In this document: positions 25,617 through 34,049 of the stretch, in pieces
How positions within the stretch are numbered: the first letter of the stretch is position 1
Layout: each line of letters starts with the position of its first letter
From: a bacterium
GTDB lineage: Bacteria > SAR324 > XYD2-FULL-50-16
NCBI GenBank assembly: GCA_032250835.1
Contig: JAVVEA010000006.1
Coordinates: 1-64,000 of the forward strand
DNA length: 64,000 nucleotides
Direction: 5' to 3'
The notes under the pieces: generated by a model
Told to the model about the DNA's origin: nothing
The model's input: the letters and a program-made list of their open reading frames with translations, nothing else
Database searches by the model: none
Made by a program: the position numbers and the translations under genes

Positions 25617-28127
25617 ATGCCCGCAGCCTCTTGGAGCGCTCAACGCCGCATCAGCAGTTACCTGATCGTCACCTTAACTTTGGTGGGGCTGGGCATGGTT
25701 GTAGGCGTCAATTGGCTGATGCGCGATGCGGCCACCAAAGAGGCCCAGGAAAAAGCCGAAATTCTTTTGCAGCATAACCTATCGATCCATGCTTATGTCA
25801 ACAACCAGCAAAAACCTCATTTACTGTCGAAATTAGAGACTGAAATTGCTCAAGGTTACTTTGAGCCCAGTTGGATGTCTTCTACCTTTATTGTCCGCCG
25901 GATTGAGAGCGAATACCAACACCGCACGGACCAGAAATATTATTACAAAGAAGCCGCGATCAATGCGCGTAGCCCTGTCAACGAAGCCGACCCCTTTGAG
26001 CGGGAATATATTCTCAAGTTCAATCAAGACCCCGAAGCCCAAGGCACTACCGAGATCCGGCATTTCGCCATGGAACCCTATTTGGTGGTGATACGCCGAG
26101 GGGAAGCGATGGAAGGCCCCTGTCTGCGTTGCCATAGCGATCCGGACATTGCGCCCAAGGGATTGGTGGCATATTACGGTGCCCACCGTAGCTTTGGGCG
26201 GCAGTTAGGGGAGTTGGTCAGTGTGGTTTCGATCCGCATCCCCTTAGCCGAGGCCTACCGTCAAGCCAACCTGATCTCGGCGGCCCTTTCGGCCCTCTTT
26301 GGCGCTTCGTTGTTGGTCTTTTACCTGCTACAAGCACGACTGGTCCGCCAGCAACTGGTCTTGCCCTTAGGTGCTTTAAAAGATCAGGTCGAAGGCATCG
26401 CCTTGAGCCCCAAACGCATTGGGGAACAGGTCCGTCTGGAGGCGGGGCGCGAATTTGACGGGCTGGTGCAGGGGTTTAATCTCCTCTCGGCCAACTTGGC
26501 CAAGACTCAGGAACGCTTTGAGCAGTCCAACCAGCGCTTGTTTCGGCAAATGGAGGAGTTGGACAACACCCAACAGGACCTAGCCCGGATGAACCAGCGG
26601 TTCCAAGAATTGGTGGCTAACGTGCCGGGTGTGGTCTTCCAGTTTGAAACCGACCCTTTGGGCCGCATCCACCTTTTGTATGTAAGCGCTGATTCGGCCG
26701 AAGCATTGGGCGTAGACGCCGAAGAGGCGGTACTTCGACCCGAGCGTCTAGGCGATTTTGTGGAGCCTGAAGACCTAGTCGCCCTCAAGCGGGCCTTTGA
26801 GCGGGCGGTGGACGAGAAAAGCCCGGCCCAGGGGCAATTTAGGGTGCAGTTGCCCGCTCAGGGGCAGCGTTGGCACCAAGTCTTCATCCGGCCTGCGCAC
26901 AATACCCGCAGTGCGTTGACCTGGGACGGTTTGGTGGTGGATATTTCGGCTCAAAAACAACTGGAAGAACAGCTCAAAAAAGCCGAGCGGGAAGCTCTGG
27001 CCCAGTCTCAAGCCAAGGGACGTTTCTTGGCCACCATGAGCCATGAAGTCCGTGCGCCGATGAATGCCATTTTGGGTTATGCCGAGTTACTGGATTTGGA
27101 AATTCCCGAAGGGCCGCTACGCAATTACATCCAGGCGATTGAAACCTCTGGGCATAGCTTGATGCATATCATCAACGACATCTTGGACCTTTCGCAAATC
27201 GAGGCCGGGCGGATGCGGCTGCACGAACGGCCCACCCAAATGGGCGATCTAGCGCGAGCTATGGAGAGCCTCTTTGCGCTGGCCGTGAACCGCAAGGGGT
27301 TGGATTTTAAGGTGCAGGTTGCCGCCGAGGTGGAGGGTTGGTACCAAATGGACCCAGACCGGCTGCGTCAGGTGCTGGTGAATTTAGTGGGTAATGCCGT
27401 TAAGTTCACTGATCAAGGACAGGTCACCTTGTCGTTGCGGGCCGAAGAAGGGGCCCCAGACCAAGGGTTGAACCTACTGATTGAAGTGCAAGACACAGGC
27501 ATCGGGATTTCGGCCGAAGAATTGCCCAAGATTTTTGAACCCTTTAGTCACCACGAAGAAGCTGGGCGTACCTTTGAGGGGACCGGCCTAGGGCTCTCGA
27601 TCACCAAGACCCTGGTCGAGCGGATGGGTGGGGTCATCGAGGTGCAAAGCCGCCTGGGCGAAGGGTCGGTGTTTAGGGTCCGTTTTAAGGGGCTCAAGGC
27701 GGTAGATGCGCCAGCGGCCAGTGAGGCACCAGAAGTCCTGACGGCTGCCCGTAAACGATTCCAACCCGCCAAGGTACTGGTGGTTGATGATATGGAAATC
27801 AATCGTTTGCTGGTAGTTGAGTATTTGCGTGGCACCGGCTTAGAGGCGCTGCAAGCGGCCAACGGGAGTCAAGCCATCGAGGTAGCTCAAAAAGAGGGCC
27901 CTCAATTGGTCTTGATGGACCTGAAAATGCCGGTCATGGGCGGGGTTGAGGCGACCCGCCTGCTCAAGGCCAATCCACTGACCGCCCACATTCCGGTGGT
28001 GGCGCTAACGGCATCGGTGCCCCAGTTGGAGCAATACCAAGGGTTGGGTTTTGAAGCCTATCTAACCAAGCCGATTGATACTCACAAACTGTTTAGCCTA
28101 TTTGCCCGGTTTTTAAAGACCAGCTGA
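25617..28127 (+). CDS. hybrid histidine kinase with heme-c sensor domain (DUF3365/Tll0287-like), PAS, HisKA, HATPase, REC
   Basis: NARSPVNEADPFE and CLRCH between two TM helices; MSHEVRAP H-box; GTGLGL; DLKMP. Confidence 0.9.
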   Translation: MPAASWSAQRRISSYLIVTLTLVGLGMVVGVNWLMRDAATKEAQEKAEILLQHNLSIHAYVNNQQKPHLLSKLETEIAQGYFEPSWMSSTFIVRRIESEYQHRTDQKYYYKEAAINARSPVNEADPFEREYILKFNQDPEAQGTTEIRHFAMEPYLVVIRRGEAMEGPCLRCHSDPDIAPKGLVAYYGAHRSFGRQLGELVSVVSIRIPLAEAYRQANLISAALSALFGASLLVFYLLQARLVRQQLVLPLGALKDQVEGIALSPKRIGEQVRLEAGREFDGLVQGFNLLSANLAKTQERFEQSNQRLFRQMEELDNTQQDLARMNQRFQELVANVPGVVFQFETDPLGRIHLLYVSADSAEALGVDAEEAVLRPERLGDFVEPEDLVALKRAFERAVDEKSPAQGQFRVQLPAQGQRWHQVFIRPAHNTRSALTWDGLVVDISAQKQLEEQLKKAEREALAQSQAKGRFLATMSHEVRAPMNAILGYAELLDLEIPEGPLRNYIQAIETSGHSLMHIINDILDLSQIEAGRMRLHERPTQMGDLARAMESLFALAVNRKGLDFKVQVAAEVEGWYQMDPDRLRQVLVNLVGNAVKFTDQGQVTLSLRAEEGAPDQGLNLLIEVQDTGIGISAEELPKIFEPFSHHEEAGRTFEGTGLGLSITKTLVERMGGVIEVQSRLGEGSVFRVRFKGLKAVDAPAASEAPEVLTAARKRFQPAKVLVVDDMEINRLLVVEYLRGTGLEALQAANGSQAIEVAQKEGPQLVLMDLKMPVMGGVEATRLLKANPLTAHIPVVALTASVPQLEQYQGLGFEAYLTKPIDTHKLFSLFARFLKTS

Positions 28128-28189
28128 GCGGCTTGGCAAGGAAAGGGGTATGGGTTAAGCTGCCTAAAACCCAAATATAAGGCACTGAG

Positions 28190-28669
28190 ATGCTCGAAGA
28201 AGGAAATAAGGTACCTGACTTTAAACTAGAGGGGATAGACCCAGAGGGCCGGGAACAGAGCTATAGCTTAAAAGACCTGTTGGCCCAGAAGGACTTTTTG
28301 GTGCTCTATTTTTACCCCAAAGACAGCACCCCTGGCTGCACCACCGAAGCTTGCGACTTCCGCGACAACCTTGCCCGCTTAATGCCCCGCGCCGTGGTGG
28401 TCGGTGTGAGCCCTGATTCAGTGGCCAGCCATCAGCGATTCCACGAAAAACAAAGCCTTAATTTTCCGTTGCTCTGTGACCCCGAACATAACATGATGCA
28501 AGCCTACGGGGCCTGGGGTGAGAAAAATATGTATGGGAAGATCAAGGTCGGGGTGATCCGCTCAACCTGCTTGATCGGCCAGGATGGCACCCTGCTAAGG
28601 CACTGGCAACGTGTTGCGGTTAAGGGGCACGTAGACAAGGTATTAGAGGCCATTGAGCAGCAAAGTTAA
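28190..28669 (+). CDS. bcp: BCP/PrxQ peroxiredoxin
   Basis: YFYPKDSTPGCTTEAC. Confidence 0.95.
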   Translation: MLEEGNKVPDFKLEGIDPEGREQSYSLKDLLAQKDFLVLYFYPKDSTPGCTTEACDFRDNLARLMPRAVVVGVSPDSVASHQRFHEKQSLNFPLLCDPEHNMMQAYGAWGEKNMYGKIKVGVIRSTCLIGQDGTLLRHWQRVAVKGHVDKVLEAIEQQS

Positions 28670-29526
28670 GGCAAGCGGGGCGGCAAATTAGCCTCGATCC
28701 GCCGAATCCGCGCCCCTAAAGTCGGGTGGCTTTGAAGCCAGGGGTTCAACGGCCTGCCCAGGGGCCATACCGGTTGCCACCGCTTGAGGTGGCGTTGCAA
28801 TTTGTCCAGGGCGCTGGCCAAGTCCATCGGCTGCCCAGTCAACTCGATGGCCACTTGATCGGCCAGAAACTCGCGGCTGCGCGAAAAGGCCATCAGCAAA
28901 CGCAGGTAGAGCCGGGGCGCGAGCACCAAAAAGGCAAAACCCAGCCAGGGGATGTCGGCTTGCCCCTTTAAGAAAAAGGGCAGGGCCAAGAGTACCATCC
29001 ACTGCCCCCAAAAGGCGAGCATCTCCGTCAATCGGCCCATCAACTGGGCGAAATACAAAAAGCCCAAGTCCCGGTTTTTTAGGTGCGCCACCTCGTGGGC
29101 CATGACCGCTTCAATTTCGGCTTGGTCTAGGTGCTCAAAGAGGCCTTGGGTCAGCACCAGGGCCTCGTGCTGGGGGCCCTGGCCCAGTGTGAAGGCGTTG
29201 GGCTCGCTGGTTGGTTGAAAATACAAACGCGGCGCGGGCACCTCGGCGCGGCGGCACAATTCCGTTAGGGTCCAATAGAGTTGTGGGGCCTGGGTCGGGG
29301 CTAAGGCGATTGCGCCCAGGCGCTCTAAAGGATTACGCAAGGGCGTCTTAAGCCGGGTAAAAAAAAGCCCCAGCAGGGCCAAGGCCGCGAACCCTAAGCC
29401 CCATTCCCCGCCTAGGAAAAATCCGGTAATGCCGAGCAGACCGGCCATCGCCGCCAGCAGCACAGCGCTTTGCAGCCAGCCAGCCCAGCCGCTCTTTGAG
29501 CCATAAGGGGTGACCTGCATTTCCAT
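28666..29526 (-). CDS. M48 zinc metalloprotease (HtpX-like)
   Basis: PNAF, AHEVAH, SRSREFLAD, SHPTLGARI. Confidence 0.9.
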   Translation of the reverse strand: MEMQVTPYGSKSGWAGWLQSAVLLAAMAGLLGITGFFLGGEWGLGFAALALLGLFFTRLKTPLRNPLERLGAIALAPTQAPQLYWTLTELCRRAEVPAPRLYFQPTSEPNAFTLGQGPQHEALVLTQGLFEHLDQAEIEAVMAHEVAHLKNRDLGFLYFAQLMGRLTEMLAFWGQWMVLLALPFFLKGQADIPWLGFAFLVLAPRLYLRLLMAFSRSREFLADQVAIELTGQPMDLASALDKLQRHLKRWQPVWPLGRPLNPWLQSHPTLGARIRRIEANLPPRLP

Positions 29527-29653
29527 AATACCTCAAGGGTTTGTGCCTGCCTAATCTTATCTCTTTTGCAGGCCCTTAGGCCAGTGTGTTACCTCACATC
29601 CGTAGACAACCGCTCCGGCTTCTGGCAGATTATTCGAAACCCTTAAAGGACCC

Positions 29654-30262
29654 ATGAATAGATTAAAATTGTCCCTTTTGTTGGCCTGGACTGGCCTGCT
29701 GGTAGGTTGTACGTCTGGTTATACTGGCACCAATAACCTGAACCCGGACCTGAAAATGTCGGCCAACACGCGCAGCACCGTGTTGGTTTACTCGCAGCTT
29801 GCAGAGGGCGGGATGAGCCGCGTCTTTTTCCGCGACGCTACCCAAGTAAATGCCAAGGCAGCTTTTACCGAAACGGTTTTTCACCCCATGCACAGCCCCG
29901 AACTGACCGAAGGCGGTTTTCAAGGCGGACTGAAGGTGCTGTCGGTGATCGGCAAAGAACTGGATTTTTTCCTTTGGCATTGGCAGGACGCCAAGGGTGT
30001 GTTGGTCGGTAATAATTGGGCCGGACAGGTCGAAATCAAGGCCGGACAGGTCGTCTATTTGGGCCGCATCCTGATCAGCCAAAAAGACGGCGTCGCGCAC
30101 TTAAGCGTAGTTGACCGTGCCGAAGAAGACCTAACAAAATTTAAGGCCGCCTACCCCCACCTGCGCGAGGTAGAGACCGTCAAGATCCTGCTGCCTTCAG
30201 AGTTCGTCGAAGAGCCTATCGACCCAGCCGCTCCTAAAGAAGAGGCGGCGGGAACTTTTTAG
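29654..30262 (+). CDS. lipoprotein of unknown function
   Basis: Lipobox LLVGC; GQVVYLGRI segment; AAGGA RBS. Confidence 0.75.
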   Translation: MNRLKLSLLLAWTGLLVGCTSGYTGTNNLNPDLKMSANTRSTVLVYSQLAEGGMSRVFFRDATQVNAKAAFTETVFHPMHSPELTEGGFQGGLKVLSVIGKELDFFLWHWQDAKGVLVGNNWAGQVEIKAGQVVYLGRILISQKDGVAHLSVVDRAEEDLTKFKAAYPHLREVETVKILLPSEFVEEPIDPAAPKEEAAGTF

Positions 30263-30362
30263 GCCCTTTTTAACAGCGGGCCGAGGCGCGCTGAAGACCC
30301 CCTGGACGCTCGTCGTTATCGGGTAATCCGATGGAAGCGAAGGAGCCCAAGGGGTGGCCTGA

Positions 30363-30626
30363 TTATTCGTAATGGGTCCACATACGCAGCACATGGACGG
30401 TCTTGGAATCCTCGTCGACCCTATAGATCAGTCGGTGCTGGATGTTGATGCGGCGGGAATAAAAACCCTTCAAGTTGCCCACCAGTTTCTCAAAGGGCGG
30501 CGGATTGCAGAGTGGGTCGTCTTCGATAGCCTGCAAAAGCTGCAACGTTTTGGACTTCAAGCCTGATTGCTTCAACTTCTTGGCGTCCTTGACGGCCTGG
30601 CGGGAGAGTACAGCAGACCAACTCAC
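30363..30626 (-). CDS. yoeB: Txe/YoeB toxin
   Basis: PPFEKLVGNLKGFYSRRINIQHRLIY; ends WTHYE. Confidence 0.95.
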   Translation of the reverse strand: MSWSAVLSRQAVKDAKKLKQSGLKSKTLQLLQAIEDDPLCNPPPFEKLVGNLKGFYSRRINIQHRLIYRVDEDSKTVHVLRMWTHYE

Positions 30627-30874
30627 CAGTCGAGGTCTTGCAATTGGGTTCCCTGATTTAGCGGCTCGGCGGCGGCTTGAAGGATCGAATCGGCCATGCC
30701 GGGGATGCGGTTGAGGTAAAGCGTTTCCTCGACCGCCTTCCAGTCCGATTCGGAAAGCACCACAAAGCCCTCACCATGGCGGCGGCTGACCTTTAGCACA
30801 TCGTGGGCGGCGATGCATTCATCGACCTCGCTCTTCAAGTGCTGCCGGAAATGATTGACGGTGGTTTCTCGCAT
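30623..30874 (-). CDS. yefM: Phd/YefM antitoxin
   Basis: VVLSESDWKAVEETLYL; overlaps toxin start. Confidence 0.92.
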   Translation of the reverse strand: MRETTVNHFRQHLKSEVDECIAAHDVLKVSRRHGEGFVVLSESDWKAVEETLYLNRIPGMADSILQAAAEPLNQGTQLQDLDW

Positions 30875-30903
30875 GAGGTCCCCAGATGGTTGGTTGAACT
30901 TTA

Positions 30904-30932
30904 ACTGTACGGAAAACCCGTACGGTTGTCAA
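30904..30932 (-). promoter_or_regulatory. yefM-yoeB promoter with overlapping autoregulatory palindrome
   Basis: TTGACA (30932-30927), 17 nt, TACAGT (30909-30904); inverted repeat GTACGG-N5-CCGTAC at 30907-30923. Confidence 0.8.
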
Positions 30933-31054
30933 AGCCCGACTTCCTGTTGGTAAGGCCCTTTTTCCTCTAGTTTGACCTTGCAGCGGTTTTTCTTCGGCTG
31001 AGTTCCGCCGCCTCCCGCCCTGATCTGCGGGCGGAAGGGCTCGGATGAGGATGG

Positions 31055-31789
31055 TTACCCGCGCAACGGCAGGTTCGGCCTGGGGGATGAAGGTATGTTG
31101 GTCCCTTTGGGCCTCAAGCCTTTCCAAATCAACCAACCACACATGGATACTTCGGCGATTACCGCGACTCCTAAAAAGGGGGCGGTCCAAGCTTGATAGG
31201 CTGGCAGTAGTAGTCCGGCGAGGCTGTCCGCTAGATAGGCCGGTCCTGCCAGGAACAACAACCGCCCCAGGATCGAGGGGGCCCAAGTAGCCCGGACCAA
31301 TAAGAATCCAGTGACCATGCAATTGATCCCAAAGAAAATCATGGCTAAGCTATAGCTTAACCGGTGGGTCTCAAAGGCCAAAAGGCTTAAGGCCTGGGTG
31401 GCTGCGGGCTCTAAACCTGTGTAGGCTGCATCTCCCAAAAGCCGTAAGGGGAGTAATGAAGCCAGCAGGGCAACGGAGATCATAACTGCCTGAGCAAGCC
31501 GCAAGACCATCGCCCACAGGGCCATTATCTGGTTGGTGGATTTTAAGAGGTGATAAAAGATCACCCCTAGGATCAGATCGGCCAGTACCATGGCCAATTC
31601 TCCTATGAAACCTAGGCGAAAAACCTGCTGGTGGGCTATCAAGTCTGCCACAGTGGCAGCAGGGTCGTTCCAGTGCAAAAACTTCGAGCGGACCCAAAAT
31701 TCGGCACTAAGGCCACAGAAGATGATCAAGCCATAGGCTAAACCAGCAGTCATGGCCAGCGGGCCAGTTAAAGGGGAGGGGGTTTTCAT
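31055..31789 (-). CDS. DUF4386-like membrane protein
   Basis: DPAATVADL, FRLG, LRLAQA, FFGINC, AE motifs; start MKTPS after AAGGAGA. Confidence 0.75.
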   Translation of the reverse strand: MKTPSPLTGPLAMTAGLAYGLIIFCGLSAEFWVRSKFLHWNDPAATVADLIAHQQVFRLGFIGELAMVLADLILGVIFYHLLKSTNQIMALWAMVLRLAQAVMISVALLASLLPLRLLGDAAYTGLEPAATQALSLLAFETHRLSYSLAMIFFGINCMVTGFLLVRATWAPSILGRLLFLAGPAYLADSLAGLLLPAYQAWTAPFLGVAVIAEVSMCGWLIWKGLRPKGTNIPSSPRPNLPLRG

Positions 31790-31938
31790 GGGGTCTCCTT
31801 GGGATGGGGATTTCTGAAGTTTTGCCCCGGACTTGCCGGGGTGGCATTGCTTGGTTAAACTCGGCTTTACAGTAAAAGATCCCTTCCAAAGATATTTGAT
31901 CCTTTGTGCGCAGGGCAAAATAGAGTCCTCTTTTTCTC

Positions 31939-32829
31939 ATGCAAGAGCTGTTGAAACCTGTACAGGAACTAGTCGACCGTATCGAGTCGCAATTGGCTGA
32001 GGAAATCTCGGTGCTCGATTGAGCCCGTTCCTTGGAGGTATCGCCCTGGCATTTTCAGCGTTACTTCAAGAGTCTGATCGGCGATTCCCTAGGCAGCTAT
32101 ATCTGGGGGCGTCGTTTGAGCCGAGCGGCTAGCTTGCTGTTGGAGACCGATTGGGGGATTCTAAAAATCGGCGTAGAGGTCGGCTTTGGGTCTCATGAGG
32201 CCTTCACCCGCGCCTTTAAAGTACGGTTCGGACTGACACCCAAAGAGTTCCGCCGCCGACGCCCATCGGTGGTCCTGCAGGAAAAGCCCCGGCTAGAGCC
32301 CGAATTACTCCTGCATTTGACCCAGGGAATGCAAAAAGCGCCGACTGTCATCTACGAACCAGCCTTTGAATTGGTCGGGTTTTCCCGGCCCGTCCCCTCG
32401 CCCTTTTATGGGGGGCAAAGCTATTGCCAATTACTGCATGAACCCTGGACCGATCTCTTGAATCGTCAGGGGGAAGTAAAGCAGCGTTGGCCTGGTTGTT
32501 ATGCGGGTCTATTGCTGAGTCCCTCAGGGGACTTTACAGAGGAGACAATTGAGTATCTGGCCGCAGTACCGCGTAAAGACGAGGACTCGCTGCCTCAGGG
32601 GATGCGCGGCATTCGGTTCGAGGCGCAATGGGTGGCTCGGTTCGACGTTTTTGCGGGAGTCGAAGACCATTTGGCTAAGACGGTTGACTACATATACGGA
32701 TATTGGCTGCCTCGCTCAGGTTACCAGAGAGGGCCAGGAAGTGACTATGAATGGTTTGAAGGGGTGAGCGATTTCACTGCGCCGGGCTTGAAATCTCAAT
32801 ATGTGGTGCCTCTGCTCCCCAAAGATTGA
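31939..32829 (+). pseudogene. AraC/Rob-type regulator with GyrI-like domain, interrupted by in-frame TGA
   Basis: ATG 31939 reads MQELLKPVQELVDRIESQLAEEISVLD-TGA(32020-32022)-ARSLEVSPWHFQR in frame with ORF 32032..32829; GFGSHEAFTRAFK. Confidence 0.75.
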
Positions 32830-32922
32830 GCTGTTTACGGTTCCATTCAAATCGTTAACTGGCGGTCTGGGCAGATGCCTTTTTATAAAGTGAGCGCGGC
32901 TGGCGGCCCCAAACAGTCCCCC

Positions 32923-33264
32923 CTAAACCACCTCCAAATGATCGATCAGTAATTCCTGCCCGGCTAGCAACTGGCCAGGGCCGCCGCATTGGGGGCATTG
33001 GAGGAAGAGGCCGCCCTCGGGGCGGAAGGGTTGGGCGCATTCTAGGCAGCGGGCCTGGGCCTCGATCCAGACCAACTCCAACTCGGCCCCGGCGGCCATG
33101 CTGTCGATGCGGGCGGCTTCGAAGGCAAATTCTAGGGCCTCTAAGCTGACGCCCGAACGCTCGCCGATCTTTAAGTTGATTTTTAGGATTTGACCGGCTC
33201 CGGCGTCTTTGGCGGCCTGTTCGCAGCTTTCAATGACGCCGGTGATGATCGAGAGTTCGTGCAT
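32923..33264 (-). CDS. hypA: hydrogenase nickel incorporation protein HypA
   Basis: MHELSI; CLEC and CPQC; GQEL. Confidence 0.95.
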   Translation of the reverse strand: MHELSIITGVIESCEQAAKDAGAGQILKINLKIGERSGVSLEALEFAFEAARIDSMAAGAELELVWIEAQARCLECAQPFRPEGGLFLQCPQCGGPGQLLAGQELLIDHLEVV

Positions 33265-33267
33265 CGG

Positions 33268-33843
33268 TTATAAGATGCCTGCCAGCAGCAGCAAACCAGC
33301 GGTGGCGCTGGCACCGCCGTAAATTTTCTCGGCCCGGCTTGGGGCGGTTGCACTCCATTTACCCAAGGCCACGCCGCCCAGGTGTAGGGCCAAGCTAGCG
33401 GCCAACATGCCGACCAAATAACTCCCCCAAGCCCCGCTCACTTCAGCTCCGTGGGCCATTCCATGCAGCCAAGCCGTTGCCGCGATCAGGGCGTACAAGG
33501 GGAATGCGGCCAACTGCCGTCCCCAAACCAACAACAGGCCCAGCAAAACCAAGCTGCCCGCAACGGCTCCTTCTAGGCCTGCCCAAGGGCCGCCAAAAAT
33601 CCCGAAGACCGCGCCCAAAGCCAGCATAGCCACAAACAAAAGGGGCAGCGACCAGCGCACCGGTGGTTGGGCCCGGACCGCTAAAATCCCAACGGTGAGC
33701 ATGGCCAATAAATGGTCCCAACCCAAGAAGGGGTGGGCCAAACCGGCGGTTAATCCTAAGGTGGAATGCCCCATATGGGCAAAAGCCGGGGTGGCGATCC
33801 AGGCAAAAGCCAGGGTAGAGAGCAGGGTGATTTTGCGGTTCAT
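33268..33843 (-). CDS. HupE/UreJ nickel transporter
   Basis: AFAH, GLAHPFLGWDHLLAM, HGMAHGAE. Confidence 0.92.
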   Translation of the reverse strand: MNRKITLLSTLAFAWIATPAFAHMGHSTLGLTAGLAHPFLGWDHLLAMLTVGILAVRAQPPVRWSLPLLFVAMLALGAVFGIFGGPWAGLEGAVAGSLVLLGLLLVWGRQLAAFPLYALIAATAWLHGMAHGAEVSGAWGSYLVGMLAASLALHLGGVALGKWSATAPSRAEKIYGGASATAGLLLLAGIL

Positions 33844-34049
33844 GGCAAAGACTCCGAAAAAAAGTTGTGTTGCTTTGTTTCTATCAGCACCGGGGCCAAG
33901 GGCCAATACTTTTTTCGGCCCTTTGGTTTGAGTCCTTTCCCCCTTTGGGTTGTGCCCATAGCTACTAAGTCCGCAGGGCCCGCAGAGGAACTCTTTCCCT
34001 GATCACTTACATGTGGTAGCCTGAAACCGAACCCTGTTGGGAGTCCCCT

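Noticed and set aside
32020-32022. TGA as selenocysteine or recoded Trp
   Set aside because: The position is not a Cys site in an HTH, and TGA acts as a normal stop in many other genes here
33844-34049. Cobalamin or NiCo riboswitch upstream of hupE/ureJ
   Set aside because: Only one hairpin; no B12-box or four-way junction visible
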